From a virus (Duplodnaviria > Caudoviricetes): DNA of 25,085 nt. Under the pieces are notes generated by a model. It worked only from the letters and a program-made list of their open reading frames with translations, did no database searches and was not told where the DNA came from. How positions within the stretch are numbered: the stretch's first letter is position 1; each line of letters opens with the position of its first letter. A program made the position numbers and the translations under genes. The stretch covers positions 1 to 25,085 of the IMG/VR virus record IMGVR_UViG_3300035675_000030. One strand, given 5' to 3'. Below, piece by piece: positions 8,858 through 17,575 of the stretch.

Positions 8858-11010
8858 ACGTACAGACCAACGCAGCAACTACTCAAGATGAGTTTAAAAG
8901 GTTGCACCAAGAAATCGCTAAAGCTGAACAAGAGTTTGAGGACTTAAATAATACGCTTGGTGAAACTGATGCCGCTACCGTAGCCGCTAAACAAAAAGTT
9001 ACAGACCTTAGAGGTGCTTATACTCAATTAAATCAAACGGCAACAGACTTAGACGGTACTTTCGAACAAGTTTACGGACAGTTACAACCGTTGACGACAC
9101 GAATGGGTGAAGCGGAAGACCGTTTATATGAATTAGCTTTAGCTGGTAAACAAGCAACCCAAGAATATAAAGATTTAATGGTTGCTACTCAAAACTATTT
9201 GCGTACTCAACAAGAAGTTGATAGGCAAGTAGATGCTGGTTCAATGCCTATGGCACAAAAGTTAACTATGGCTGTTGGTGGTGTTGCTGGTGCATTTGCT
9301 ACGGCAGAAGGTGCTATCGCTTTATATGGTGTTGAATCTCAAGAAATGGAGAGAACAATGATTAAGTTAAATGCTGCTGTGGCTTTAACTTCAGGTATCG
9401 CTGCTGTAAATGAGGCTATTCCAGCATTTAAAGCTATGGGTGCTGCCGCAAAAGCAAGTGCTGCGGGTGTTGCTATATTAAACGCTGTAACAACTGTACA
9501 AACTTTTGTTACGGGAGCCGCTACAACTGGATTAAAAGCATTTAGAATAGCATTAGTTTCAACAGGTATCGGGGCTTTGGTAGTGGGTATAGGTTTATTA
9601 GTTGCAAATTTTGATAAAGTTTTACAACTTTTTTCTCCATTGATAAACGGATTTAAAGCGTTGGGAGATTTAATTGGATTGACAAATTTTGCTGCTAAAA
9701 AAAGGTCAGAAGATGAGAAAAAACGTATAGATAAAGAAATAAAAGACCAACAAAGACTTCAAGTAGTAAAGGAAAGAAATTTTAATAGTGAACAAGCCGC
9801 TTATGAACGTAGAATTAAACTTGCCGAAGCGGAGGGTAAAAGCACTTTAGAATTGGAAAAAGCTAAAATAAATGCCTCGATAAAATATCAACAAACAAGA
9901 AAAAAAGAATTAGAACAAAGATTAGTTTTTCTTAAATTATTAGCAAAAGAGCATGAATTTATTGGTGAAGGATTAGGTTTAACGGATTCATTACAAGAAT
10001 TATCAGGCGAGATTGAAAAAATTAACAATGATATTTTAGATCAACAAAATGAACTTAAAATATTAGATATAGAAAGCAAGAAAAAACCAACTACATCAAC
10101 ATCAACATCATCAACCACTTCTAAAACTGAAAAAGAAAAACTTGATTTAACGCGTCAAAATAGAGATAAAGAGATTGCATTAATGCAAGAGGGTATAGAA
10201 AAAGAACGTACAATAATTAAAGAAAAATACAAACGAGAGAAAGAAGATTTAGAGGCAAATTCTAAGGATAAAATTGTAGATAAAGAACAGTACGCTGCTG
10301 CTGAAAAATTAATAGATCAAAATTTAGAAAAAGAATTAAAAGAATTACGTGAAAAATATAAAGAAGACAGATTAAAAACACGAGGCTTTACTATTCAAGG
10401 TTTAATTGACGATAAACAAAAAGAGGTTGAAATAGAAATGGAAGCCTCTATGAAAAAAATTGAAATTGCCAAAGAAGAAGCTGAAAAAAAGAAAGAAATT
10501 GAAGAAGAATTAATGAGTGCTAAATTTCAAATAGCAAAAGACTCATTACAACTTATTTCTGAAATAACTACTTTATTTGGAAGTCAAAATGAAAAAGCAG
10601 CAAGGAGAGCATTTCAAGTTGATAAAGCGGCTAAATTAGCAAGTGCAACTATTGCTGGTATTGAGGGAACTATCGAAGCATATAAAACTGCTCAAAAATC
10701 ACCTATTACTGCTGTGTTCCCTGCTTATCCTGTTATTCAAGCTGGTTTAGCAGGTGCTTTTGCTGCCGTTAATATTGCTAAAATATCACAGTCCAAGTTC
10801 GGAGGCTCTACTTCTACTTCTCCTTCAGGTGGGGGTGGAGCTGCGGCTGGTGGTGGTGGAATGACTGCACAATTCAATACGATAGGCACAAGTGGAATAA
10901 ACCAATTAGCAACTTTACAACAACAGCCTGTACAAGCGTATGTGGTAAGTGGTGAAGTTACTTCTGCTCAATCCTTAGATAGAAATAGAGTACAAAACGC
11001 AACATTATAA
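8833..11010 (+). CDS. Tape measure protein
   Basis: 725 aa of coiled coils, Ala/Gly-rich hydrophobic segments (ALVSTGIGALVVGIGLLVANF), a long E/K-rich stretch, and a Gly-rich linker before the QAYVVSGEVT C-terminus. Confidence 0.8.
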   Translation: METRTVQLNVQTNAATTQDEFKRLHQEIAKAEQEFEDLNNTLGETDAATVAAKQKVTDLRGAYTQLNQTATDLDGTFEQVYGQLQPLTTRMGEAEDRLYELALAGKQATQEYKDLMVATQNYLRTQQEVDRQVDAGSMPMAQKLTMAVGGVAGAFATAEGAIALYGVESQEMERTMIKLNAAVALTSGIAAVNEAIPAFKAMGAAAKASAAGVAILNAVTTVQTFVTGAATTGLKAFRIALVSTGIGALVVGIGLLVANFDKVLQLFSPLINGFKALGDLIGLTNFAAKKRSEDEKKRIDKEIKDQQRLQVVKERNFNSEQAAYERRIKLAEAEGKSTLELEKAKINASIKYQQTRKKELEQRLVFLKLLAKEHEFIGEGLGLTDSLQELSGEIEKINNDILDQQNELKILDIESKKKPTTSTSTSSTTSKTEKEKLDLTRQNRDKEIALMQEGIEKERTIIKEKYKREKEDLEANSKDKIVDKEQYAAAEKLIDQNLEKELKELREKYKEDRLKTRGFTIQGLIDDKQKEVEIEMEASMKKIEIAKEEAEKKKEIEEELMSAKFQIAKDSLQLISEITTLFGSQNEKAARRAFQVDKAAKLASATIAGIEGTIEAYKTAQKSPITAVFPAYPVIQAGLAGAFAAVNIAKISQSKFGGSTSTSPSGGGGAAAGGGGMTAQFNTIGTSGINQLATLQQQPVQAYVVSGEVTSAQSLDRNRVQNATL

Positions 11011-11024
11011 GTTAAAGAGTTATG
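10992..11024 (+). promoter_or_regulatory. Putative phage late promoter, copy 2
   Basis: ACAA(10992)-N15-GTTA(11011)-N7-ATG(11022). Confidence 0.6.
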
Positions 11025-11624
11025 GAAAAGTTCGAGATTATAGAATTACTGATTGACGATAATAAAATTACAAGTGGTATCAATGCGGTTTCAGTTGTTG
11101 AAAGTCCAGCAATCGAAGAAAACTTTGTAGCCTTAAAAAAACACGAAGTAGAACTGAAAGAAGTAGACACAGAGAAACGTATTCTAATGGGTGCTGCTTT
11201 AATTCCTAACAAACAAATCTATCGTAAGAATAAAGACAAAGAGTTCTACATTTATTTTAGTGAGGACACAGTACGTAAAGCATCTGAACTTTTCTTAATG
11301 AGAGCCAACCAAAACAACGCAACCTTAGAGCACGAAAAGAAAATGTTAGAGGGAATGTCAGTTGTAGAAAGTTGGATTATTGAAGATGAGAAATTAGATA
11401 AGTCAGTTAAATACGGATTTAGCTTACCTAAGGGAACTTGGATGATTTCAATGAAAGTAAACAACGATGAGATTTGGAATAAGGTAAAAGCGGGTGAAGT
11501 TAAAGGATTTTCTATCGAGGGTTATTTTGTAGACAAATACGAAATGAGCCTACAAGAAAACGAAGAACAAGAAATGATTGAAAAATTAAAAGACTTAATA
11601 AATAAATATGAAAACAGAAAGTAA
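11022..11624 (+). CDS. Prohead protease (XkdF-like / peptidase S78_2)
   Basis: AVSVVESPAIE, GAALIPNK, TLEH, VVESW, GTWM and KGFSIEG motifs; upstream of scaffold and capsid genes. Confidence 0.8.
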   Translation: MEKFEIIELLIDDNKITSGINAVSVVESPAIEENFVALKKHEVELKEVDTEKRILMGAALIPNKQIYRKNKDKEFYIYFSEDTVRKASELFLMRANQNNATLEHEKKMLEGMSVVESWIIEDEKLDKSVKYGFSLPKGTWMISMKVNNDEIWNKVKAGEVKGFSIEGYFVDKYEMSLQENEEQEMIEKLKDLINKYENRK

Positions 11625-11802
11625 AGTTAGCCCACGAGGCGGAAAAAGAGGATGTCTATGTAAAGACGGAACATACAAAAAGAAATGTTGTGACGGTAGC
11701 TTAGAAGCTCAAGGAATAGGAAAAACAGCTGGTACAGGAACAGATGTAGTAAATGTAACAGAAGACAACGGAGTAAGAACTATCGTTCGTCAAAACAGCT
11801 AA
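11608..11802 (+). CDS. Small Cys-rich protein
   Basis: 64 aa with GCLCKDGTYKKKCCDGSLEAQGIG; overlaps the protease stop. Confidence 0.65.
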   Translation: MKTESKVSPRGGKRGCLCKDGTYKKKCCDGSLEAQGIGKTAGTGTDVVNVTEDNGVRTIVRQNS

Positions 11803-11809
11803 AAAAGGA

Positions 11810-11841
11810 ACAAGTATAAATTCAAAAGTTAATAAGTTATG
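11810..11841 (+). promoter_or_regulatory. Putative phage late promoter, copy 3
   Basis: ACAA(11810)-N14-GTTA(11828)-N7-ATG(11839). Confidence 0.6.
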
Positions 11842-12198
11842 AATACACTAAAAACAGTTTACGGTAAACTATTCAAAGAAGAAACTAAGTTGGCTTCGCA
11901 TGAAGTTGAATTAGGAATGATTCAAGATTTTGAAAATAGAATTGAATTGTTTAGAAAAGAAAACCAACAAGTTATTGAGTTAATAAATAAAGTTAGTGCA
12001 TTTAAAAGTCAATTTAAAGCATTGGATAAAAAATTAATGGCTGATTTTGATAAATTAAAAAATGAAGGTGATAACATTTGGAAAAAATCAAAAGAATTAG
12101 GTTTAGAAACTGACCCGGCATTTAAATTGAAAGCAAGTGTTTCAAGCATTTATGGTAATGGTTGGGATATGGACGCAGTAAACTTTTTAAGAAAATAA
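11839..12198 (+). CDS. Hypothetical coiled-coil head-module protein, possibly an internal head protein
   Basis: 119 aa; leader ending KLASHEVELG followed by an amphipathic helical body. Confidence 0.6.
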   Translation: MNTLKTVYGKLFKEETKLASHEVELGMIQDFENRIELFRKENQQVIELINKVSAFKSQFKALDKKLMADFDKLKNEGDNIWKKSKELGLETDPAFKLKASVSSIYGNGWDMDAVNFLRK

Positions 12199-12212
12199 AT
12201 AAATAAATAAAA

Positions 12213-12791
12213 ATGAAAAATAGCTTAATAAACCAAATCAAAACTTTGCTCGGAATGGAAGTAAACCTTGAGCAAATGAAATTAGCTGACGGTGTAACAG
12301 TTTTAGAAGCTGATGTATTCGAAGGTGGAAACGAAATCTTTATCGTAACAGAAGACGAACAAAAAATACCTGTTCCTGTTGGAGAATACGAATTAGAAGA
12401 TGGACGTATTTTGGTAGTAGTAGAAGAAGGAATAATCGCTGAAGTGAAAGAGAAAGAAGTAGAAGAAGAAGTAGAAGAAGCTCCTGAAGCAGAAGTAGAA
12501 GTAGAAACTGAAAAGAAAGAAGAAATGGAAACTGAAAAAACAGCTCCTAAGAAAACTATCGAATCAGTAGTTAAAGAAACTTTCTTTTCTGAAATCGAAA
12601 AACTACAAGCTGAAAACGAAACTTTAAAAGCTGAATTAAGCAAATTGAAAGAAGAAAAAGAAGTAGAACTTTCCGAAGTTAAACCAATTTCTTTCAACCC
12701 AGAAAACGAAAACAAAGTAGAATCTATTAAAATTGCATCTAAAAGACCTCGCACTATTATGGATTCAGTATTAGAAAGACTAAATAAGTAA
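12213..12791 (+). CDS. Capsid scaffolding protein
   Basis: Very Glu-rich, PVGEYELEDG motif, coiled coil, basic C-terminal helix; directly before the major capsid gene. Confidence 0.75.
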   Translation: MKNSLINQIKTLLGMEVNLEQMKLADGVTVLEADVFEGGNEIFIVTEDEQKIPVPVGEYELEDGRILVVVEEGIIAEVKEKEVEEEVEEAPEAEVEVETEKKEEMETEKTAPKKTIESVVKETFFSEIEKLQAENETLKAELSKLKEEKEVELSEVKPISFNPENENKVESIKIASKRPRTIMDSVLERLNK

Positions 12792-12815
12792 CAATTAATT
12801 TTTAAATAAAAAAAA

Positions 12816-13766
12816 ATGCCAACAACAACTTCAATCACAACTACTTACGCTGGAGAGTTTTCAGGTAAGTACATTGCAGCAGCTTTATTGTCTGCTCCAA
12901 CATTAGAAAAAGGCGGTATGACTATCATGCCAAACGTGAAGTACAAACAAGTAATCAAAAGAGTAGCTACTGATGACATTATCAAAAATGCAACTTGTGA
13001 TTATGACCCTACTTCAACTATCACATTGACAGAGAGAGTTCTTCAACCAGAATCTTTCCAAGTTAACTTGACTTTGTGTAAATCAGATTTCCGTTCAGAT
13101 TGGGATGCTATCCAAATGGGTTATTCTGCATTCGACGTATTACCTAAGTCTTTCGCAGATTTCTTAATCGCACACGCTGCTGAAAAAGTAGCTGCTGGAA
13201 TGGAAACTTCTATTTGGCAAGGTGTTAACGCAACTGCTGGTCAGTTCGCTGGTATCATGACACAATTAACAACTGATGCTGCTTTACCTGCTGCTCAAGA
13301 AGTTGCTGGAACTACTGTAACAGCTGCTAACGTAATCACAGAGCTTGGTAAAATTGTTGATGCTTGTCCTGCTGCTCTTTACGGAAAAGAAGATTTGAAA
13401 ATCTATGTTTCTTCTAACATTTACAGAGCTTACGTTCGTGCATTGGGTGGATTTGCTGCTGCTGGAGTAGGTGCTAACGGTTACGATAACAAAGGAACTA
13501 ACCAATCATTAAGTGATTTATTCTTTGACGGTGTTCCTGTATTCTTGGCTAACGGACTTGCTGCTAATACTGCTTTACTTTCTCAAACTTCTAACTTGTA
13601 CTTTGCAACAGGTTTGATGAATGATATGAACGAAGTAAGAGTAATTGATATGGCTGACAATGACGGTTCACAAAATGTACGAGTAGTTATGCGATTTACT
13701 GCTGATGCTAAGTATGGTTTTGCATCTGACGTTGTAACTTACGGTATTACAAACTCTGCTAACTAA
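12816..13766 (+). CDS. Major capsid protein
   Basis: 316 aa, TTYAGEFSGKYIAAALLS N-terminus, strongly biased codons (GCT, TTC, AAC, ATC); follows protease and scaffold and is followed by a terminator. Confidence 0.85.
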   Translation: MPTTTSITTTYAGEFSGKYIAAALLSAPTLEKGGMTIMPNVKYKQVIKRVATDDIIKNATCDYDPTSTITLTERVLQPESFQVNLTLCKSDFRSDWDAIQMGYSAFDVLPKSFADFLIAHAAEKVAAGMETSIWQGVNATAGQFAGIMTQLTTDAALPAAQEVAGTTVTAANVITELGKIVDACPAALYGKEDLKIYVSSNIYRAYVRALGGFAAAGVGANGYDNKGTNQSLSDLFFDGVPVFLANGLAANTALLSQTSNLYFATGLMNDMNEVRVIDMADNDGSQNVRVVMRFTADAKYGFASDVVTYGITNSAN

Positions 13767-13785
13767 TATAAACTAACTTAAAACG

Positions 13786-13813
13786 AGGGGAGGTAAAATG
13801 CCTTCCCTTTTTT
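13786..13813 (+). terminator. Intrinsic terminator after the capsid gene
   Basis: AGGGGAGGTA-AAA-TGCCTTCCCT stem followed by a T-run. Confidence 0.75.
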
Positions 13814-13837
13814 GTTTAACATTAAAAATATAATAAA

Positions 13838-14407
13838 ATGAGCTGTGATATAGCAAACGGAAGATTAGAAGCCTGTAAAGATGCAATTTCAGGACTTTTA
13901 AACATTTACTTCATTAACTATGGAGATTTAGCAACAGAAGACATTACTTACGGTACTTCGGGTAATTCTGATGTAATCGAAGCGTGGACTCCAGCCTCTC
14001 AATTGTCTTTGTACAAATATGAGTTGAAAGGTGCTAATGGATTTGAACAAACTATCCAAACTTCAAGAGAAAACGGTACTACATTTTTTGAGCAAGTATT
14101 GACTGCACAATTGAAAAAGCAAGACATCGCTACACACAAGAATGTAAAAATGTTAGCTTACGGACGTCCAAGAATCGTAGTTGAAACTCGCGACCACCAA
14201 TATTTCTTGGCTGGACTTGAGCAAGGATGCGACGTAACTGCTGGTACTGTTTCTTCAGGAACTGCAATGGGAGATTTCAACGGATATAACTTGACATTTA
14301 CTGCAATGGAAAGAATCCCAGCAAACTTTTTAGATTGTACTACTGAAAGCGAATTAGCTGCTATCTTTAACGATGGTACTGATGACGCTTTAATCGTTAC
14401 CAATTAA
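13838..14407 (+). CDS. Major tail tube protein
   Basis: 189 aa, MSCDIANGRLEACKD, SRENGTTFFEQVL and GDFNGYNLTF motifs, highly biased codons, followed by a terminator. Confidence 0.7.
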   Translation: MSCDIANGRLEACKDAISGLLNIYFINYGDLATEDITYGTSGNSDVIEAWTPASQLSLYKYELKGANGFEQTIQTSRENGTTFFEQVLTAQLKKQDIATHKNVKMLAYGRPRIVVETRDHQYFLAGLEQGCDVTAGTVSSGTAMGDFNGYNLTFTAMERIPANFLDCTTESELAAIFNDGTDDALIVTN

Positions 14408-14425
14408 TCCATATATATCTTGCAG

Positions 14426-14461
14426 AAAGACCCTACCATAACGGTGGGGTTTTTTGTTTTT
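14426..14461 (+). terminator. Intrinsic terminator after the tail tube gene
   Basis: AAAGACCCTACC-ATAAC-GGTGGGGTTTTT stem plus T-run. Confidence 0.8.
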
Positions 14462-14463
14462 GG

Positions 14464-14496
14464 ACAATTTCTAAGTTTTGGCGTTATAGATATATG
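14464..14496 (+). promoter_or_regulatory. Putative phage late promoter, copy 4
   Basis: ACAA(14464)-N15-GTTA(14483)-N7-ATG(14494), directly after a terminator. Confidence 0.65.
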
Positions 14497-14826
14497 ATTG
14501 TACTAACAACAGATGTAACTCCTCAAACTTTTGTGTTTATTCCACGTAGTTCGACTTTTGATACGGTTGAAATAACGGACGATCAAACCAATGAAACGGT
14601 ATCTTTAGAAGAATGGGAATTTACAGAGGGAGATTATTATTCAACTTTAGAAGCTGAATTTGCTTTAGTTGAAAATCATTTTTACAATTTAGAAATAAAA
14701 AACGGAACTGAAATAATTTACAGAGATAGAATATTTTGTACAGACCAAAGTATAGTAAGTTTTTCAGTTAACAACGGACAGTATGTTTCAAACACTACTG
14801 GCAATACATTTATAGTTTATGAGTAA
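14494..14826 (+). CDS. Hypothetical virion protein (acidic, beta-rich)
   Basis: 110 aa with IYRDRIFCTDQ; overlaps the portal start. Confidence 0.6.
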   Translation: MIVLTTDVTPQTFVFIPRSSTFDTVEITDDQTNETVSLEEWEFTEGDYYSTLEAEFALVENHFYNLEIKNGTEIIYRDRIFCTDQSIVSFSVNNGQYVSNTTGNTFIVYE

Positions 14827-16570
14827 TATACACGTTTTAAATTTAAGTGCTTATACAACGCCTACGATTCAAGAATCTAAAAGAGATGCTTGGGTTGAAT
14901 TTGGCGAAGACAATAATTACTACCAATATCTAATCGACAGATACACGAATTCTACGACAAATAACGCGATTATAAACAATATTAGTAGATTAGTATATGG
15001 ACGCGGTTTGAGTGCGTTAGATGCTTCTAAAAAGCCAAATGAGTACGCCCAAATGATGACTTTGTTCAATAAAGATTGTATTCGTAAAATGGTTATGGAT
15101 AGAAAAATGTTAGGGCAGTTCGCTATCCAAGTACATTATTCAAAAGACCACAAGACTATTTTAAAGGCTTATCATATACCTGTTAACTTATTAAGAGCTG
15201 AAAAGTGCAATAAAGAGGGTGAAGTTGAGGCATATTATTATTCTGATAATTGGTTAGACGTTAAGAAATACGCACCTAAAAGAATACCTGCATTTGGATA
15301 TTCAAATGAGCAAATAGAAATTTTATTTGTAAAGCCTTATGCTGTTGGAATGAAGTATTATGCTTATCCTGATTATCAAGGTGCTATTCCATACGCTTTA
15401 CTTGAAGAAGAAGTAGCTGACTATTTAATTAACGAGGTTCAAAACGGATTTTCGGGTACTAAGGTTGTGAACTTTAACAACGGTGTTCCAAGTGAGGAAC
15501 AACAAGAAATTATTTCAAATAAAGTTTTAAGTAAATTAACAGGTTCGAGAGGTCAAAAAGTAATCGTAGCTTTTAACTTAAACCAAGAATCTAAAACTAC
15601 TGTTGACGATATACCTTTAAATGATGCTCCAGACCATTACACGTACTTATCTGAAGAATGTTTACGTAAGATAATGTTAGGACATAACGTTACTTCACCT
15701 TTGTTATTTGGTATTGCTTCAAGCAATGGGTTTTCAAGTAACGCAGACGAGCTACAAAACTCAAGTATTCTATTTGATAACATGGTTATTAAGCCATTAC
15801 AAGAGGAATTATTAGATGCGTTTGATACGATTTTAGCTTATAATGGAATTGCTTTAAAGTTATTCTTTAAAACGCTTCAACCTTTAGAATTTACAGACTT
15901 AGAAAACGCACAAACAGAGGAACAAGTAGCAGAAGAAACAGGAACGGAATTAAGTTCACAAACTGATGCGTTAGCACAAGCATTAATTGACTTAGGCGAA
16001 GACGTTGATCCTGAATGGATATTAATAGACGAACACGAAGTAGATTACGATACAGACGATTTAGATAACGAAATACTAAGTAAAGAGCCTAAACAAAGTT
16101 TATTGTCTAAGGTTGTAAATTTAGTTAGCACAGGCGACCCAAGACCAAATTTAAGAAGCGGTCAAGATGCGGTAATTGACGGTGTTAAATTTTTAACTCG
16201 TTATGTTTACGCTGGTGATACAGGAGGTAAGTCAGGAAAAGGCAGACCATTTTGTAAAGCAATGATGGGAGCTAATAAAGTTTATCGCAAAGAAGATATT
16301 CTTAAAATGGATGGACAAGCTGTTAACCCGGGTTTTGGTATAAACGGAGCTGCTAAATATTCTGTATGGTTGTATAAAGGCGGTCCTAATTGTTACCACC
16401 GTTGGAACAAACAAGTTTATGCAACATTTGAGGGTAAAGCTATTGATGTGAATGAAGCTAAACAGATTGCTGGACGTAAAGCTGAAAAATTAGGTTACAT
16501 AATTAAAAATCCAACTTTGGTAAGTCAAAGACCTTTTGATATGCCAAACAGAGGATATTACAAAAAATAA
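14819..16570 (+). CDS. Portal protein with C-terminal Cys/His extension
   Basis: Portal-like core (FGEDNNY, STTNNAII, YYAYPDY, NGFSGT, IMLGHNVTSPLLFGI) to about aa 360, an acidic linker, then an RPFC...GGPNCYHRW domain. Confidence 0.8.
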   Translation: MSNIHVLNLSAYTTPTIQESKRDAWVEFGEDNNYYQYLIDRYTNSTTNNAIINNISRLVYGRGLSALDASKKPNEYAQMMTLFNKDCIRKMVMDRKMLGQFAIQVHYSKDHKTILKAYHIPVNLLRAEKCNKEGEVEAYYYSDNWLDVKKYAPKRIPAFGYSNEQIEILFVKPYAVGMKYYAYPDYQGAIPYALLEEEVADYLINEVQNGFSGTKVVNFNNGVPSEEQQEIISNKVLSKLTGSRGQKVIVAFNLNQESKTTVDDIPLNDAPDHYTYLSEECLRKIMLGHNVTSPLLFGIASSNGFSSNADELQNSSILFDNMVIKPLQEELLDAFDTILAYNGIALKLFFKTLQPLEFTDLENAQTEEQVAEETGTELSSQTDALAQALIDLGEDVDPEWILIDEHEVDYDTDDLDNEILSKEPKQSLLSKVVNLVSTGDPRPNLRSGQDAVIDGVKFLTRYVYAGDTGGKSGKGRPFCKAMMGANKVYRKEDILKMDGQAVNPGFGINGAAKYSVWLYKGGPNCYHRWNKQVYATFEGKAIDVNEAKQIAGRKAEKLGYIIKNPTLVSQRPFDMPNRGYYKK

Positions 16571-16571
16571 G

Positions 16572-17072
16572 ATGGCAGAAGTATTATTAATTACGAGAGA
16601 TGATGTTGTAAAGTTTACTGCTATGAATGGCAACGTGGATACAGACAACTTTATACAATGGATTAAAGTAGCTCAAGATATTCACATTCAAAACTTCTTA
16701 GGAACTCGTCTTTTAGACAAGATTAAGACGGATATTGAAAACGATGATTTGACAGGTGATTATTTATCCCTTACAACAACGTATATAAAGCCTATGTTGA
16801 TACATTGGGCTATGGTTGAATACTTACCCTTTGCAGCTTATACAATCGCAAATAAAGGGGTTTATAAGCATAATTCAGAGAATGCCACAAACGTAGAAAA
16901 AAACGAAATCGATTTCTTAATTGAAAAAGAAAGAAGCATAGCTCAACACTATACAGAAAGATTTATAGATTACATGAGTTTTAATATGAATTTATTTCCA
17001 GAGTACAATCTTAATTCAAACGGAGATATGTACCCAGATACTAATAATAATTATTTTGGTTGGTTTATATGA
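16572..17072 (+). CDS. Putative head-tail adaptor / connector
   Basis: More plausible start at ATG 16572, just after the portal stop (MAEVLLITRDDV). Helical protein with AQDIHIQNFLGTRL. Confidence 0.6.
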   Translation: MAEVLLITRDDVVKFTAMNGNVDTDNFIQWIKVAQDIHIQNFLGTRLLDKIKTDIENDDLTGDYLSLTTTYIKPMLIHWAMVEYLPFAAYTIANKGVYKHNSENATNVEKNEIDFLIEKERSIAQHYTERFIDYMSFNMNLFPEYNLNSNGDMYPDTNNNYFGWFI

Positions 17073-17185
17073 AAAAACGGTACAATCCAAAGCAAGAAAA
17101 CATAAAGAAGTTACAAATATATTTAAGTAAAATAAATGGCGAACGTAAAGATAAGTCAACTAACAGCAAAGAACGCAACGCTTGA
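17069..17185 (+). CDS. Basic micro-ORF, 38 aa (not in ORF track)
   Basis: ATGA overlap with the adaptor stop; MKKRYNPKQENIKKLQIYLSKING... Confidence 0.4.
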   Translation: MKKRYNPKQENIKKLQIYLSKINGERKDKSTNSKERNA

Positions 17186-17573
17186 GTATAACGATAGATT
17201 GCCTATCGCTGATTACAATGGTAGTACATACGACTCAAAGTACGTTACAGGGGCTGAAATACAGCAATTAGCTCATTCTAATGTAACAGACGATACTACA
17301 CTTGCTTTAAATCAGTCTTACAAGATTGTTGAAATGAATGCAGCGACTGCTAAAACGATTACAATACCTTTGAATTCTAATATTGCTTTTCCTATTGGAA
17401 CGGTAATTTATGTTTATCAAATGGGAGCTGGACAAGTAACTATTTCACCCGCTGTTGGTGTAACTTTAAGAAGCTACAACAGTGAATATAAGACAAAAGG
17501 ACAATATTCAGTTATAACATTAAGAAAACACGATACCGACAGTTGGTATATGTGGGGAGATAAAACAGCGTAA
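17136..17573 (+). CDS. Putative tail fibre / decoration-associated protein
   Basis: MANVKISQLT N-terminus, then TITIP..AFPIGT..QMGAGQVTI..WYMWGD beta-sandwich pattern seen in phage fibre domains. Confidence 0.6.
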   Translation: MANVKISQLTAKNATLEYNDRLPIADYNGSTYDSKYVTGAEIQQLAHSNVTDDTTLALNQSYKIVEMNAATAKTITIPLNSNIAFPIGTVIYVYQMGAGQVTISPAVGVTLRSYNSEYKTKGQYSVITLRKHDTDSWYMWGDKTA

Positions 17574-17575
17574 TT

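Noticed and set aside
10085-10125. ACATCA-type microrepeat in the tape measure gene
   Set aside because: It encodes a Thr/Ser linker (PTTSTSTSSTTS); ordinary low complexity.
12122-12838. Minus-strand 238-aa Ser/Phe-rich ORF
   Set aside because: It mirrors the GAA-rich scaffold gene (GAA reads as TTC/TCT), so it is a compositional artefact.
16536-16571. Upstream start of the adaptor ORF (likewise TTG 4766 for the neck gene)
   Set aside because: ATG 16572 and ATG 4772 sit directly at the upstream stops and are more plausible.
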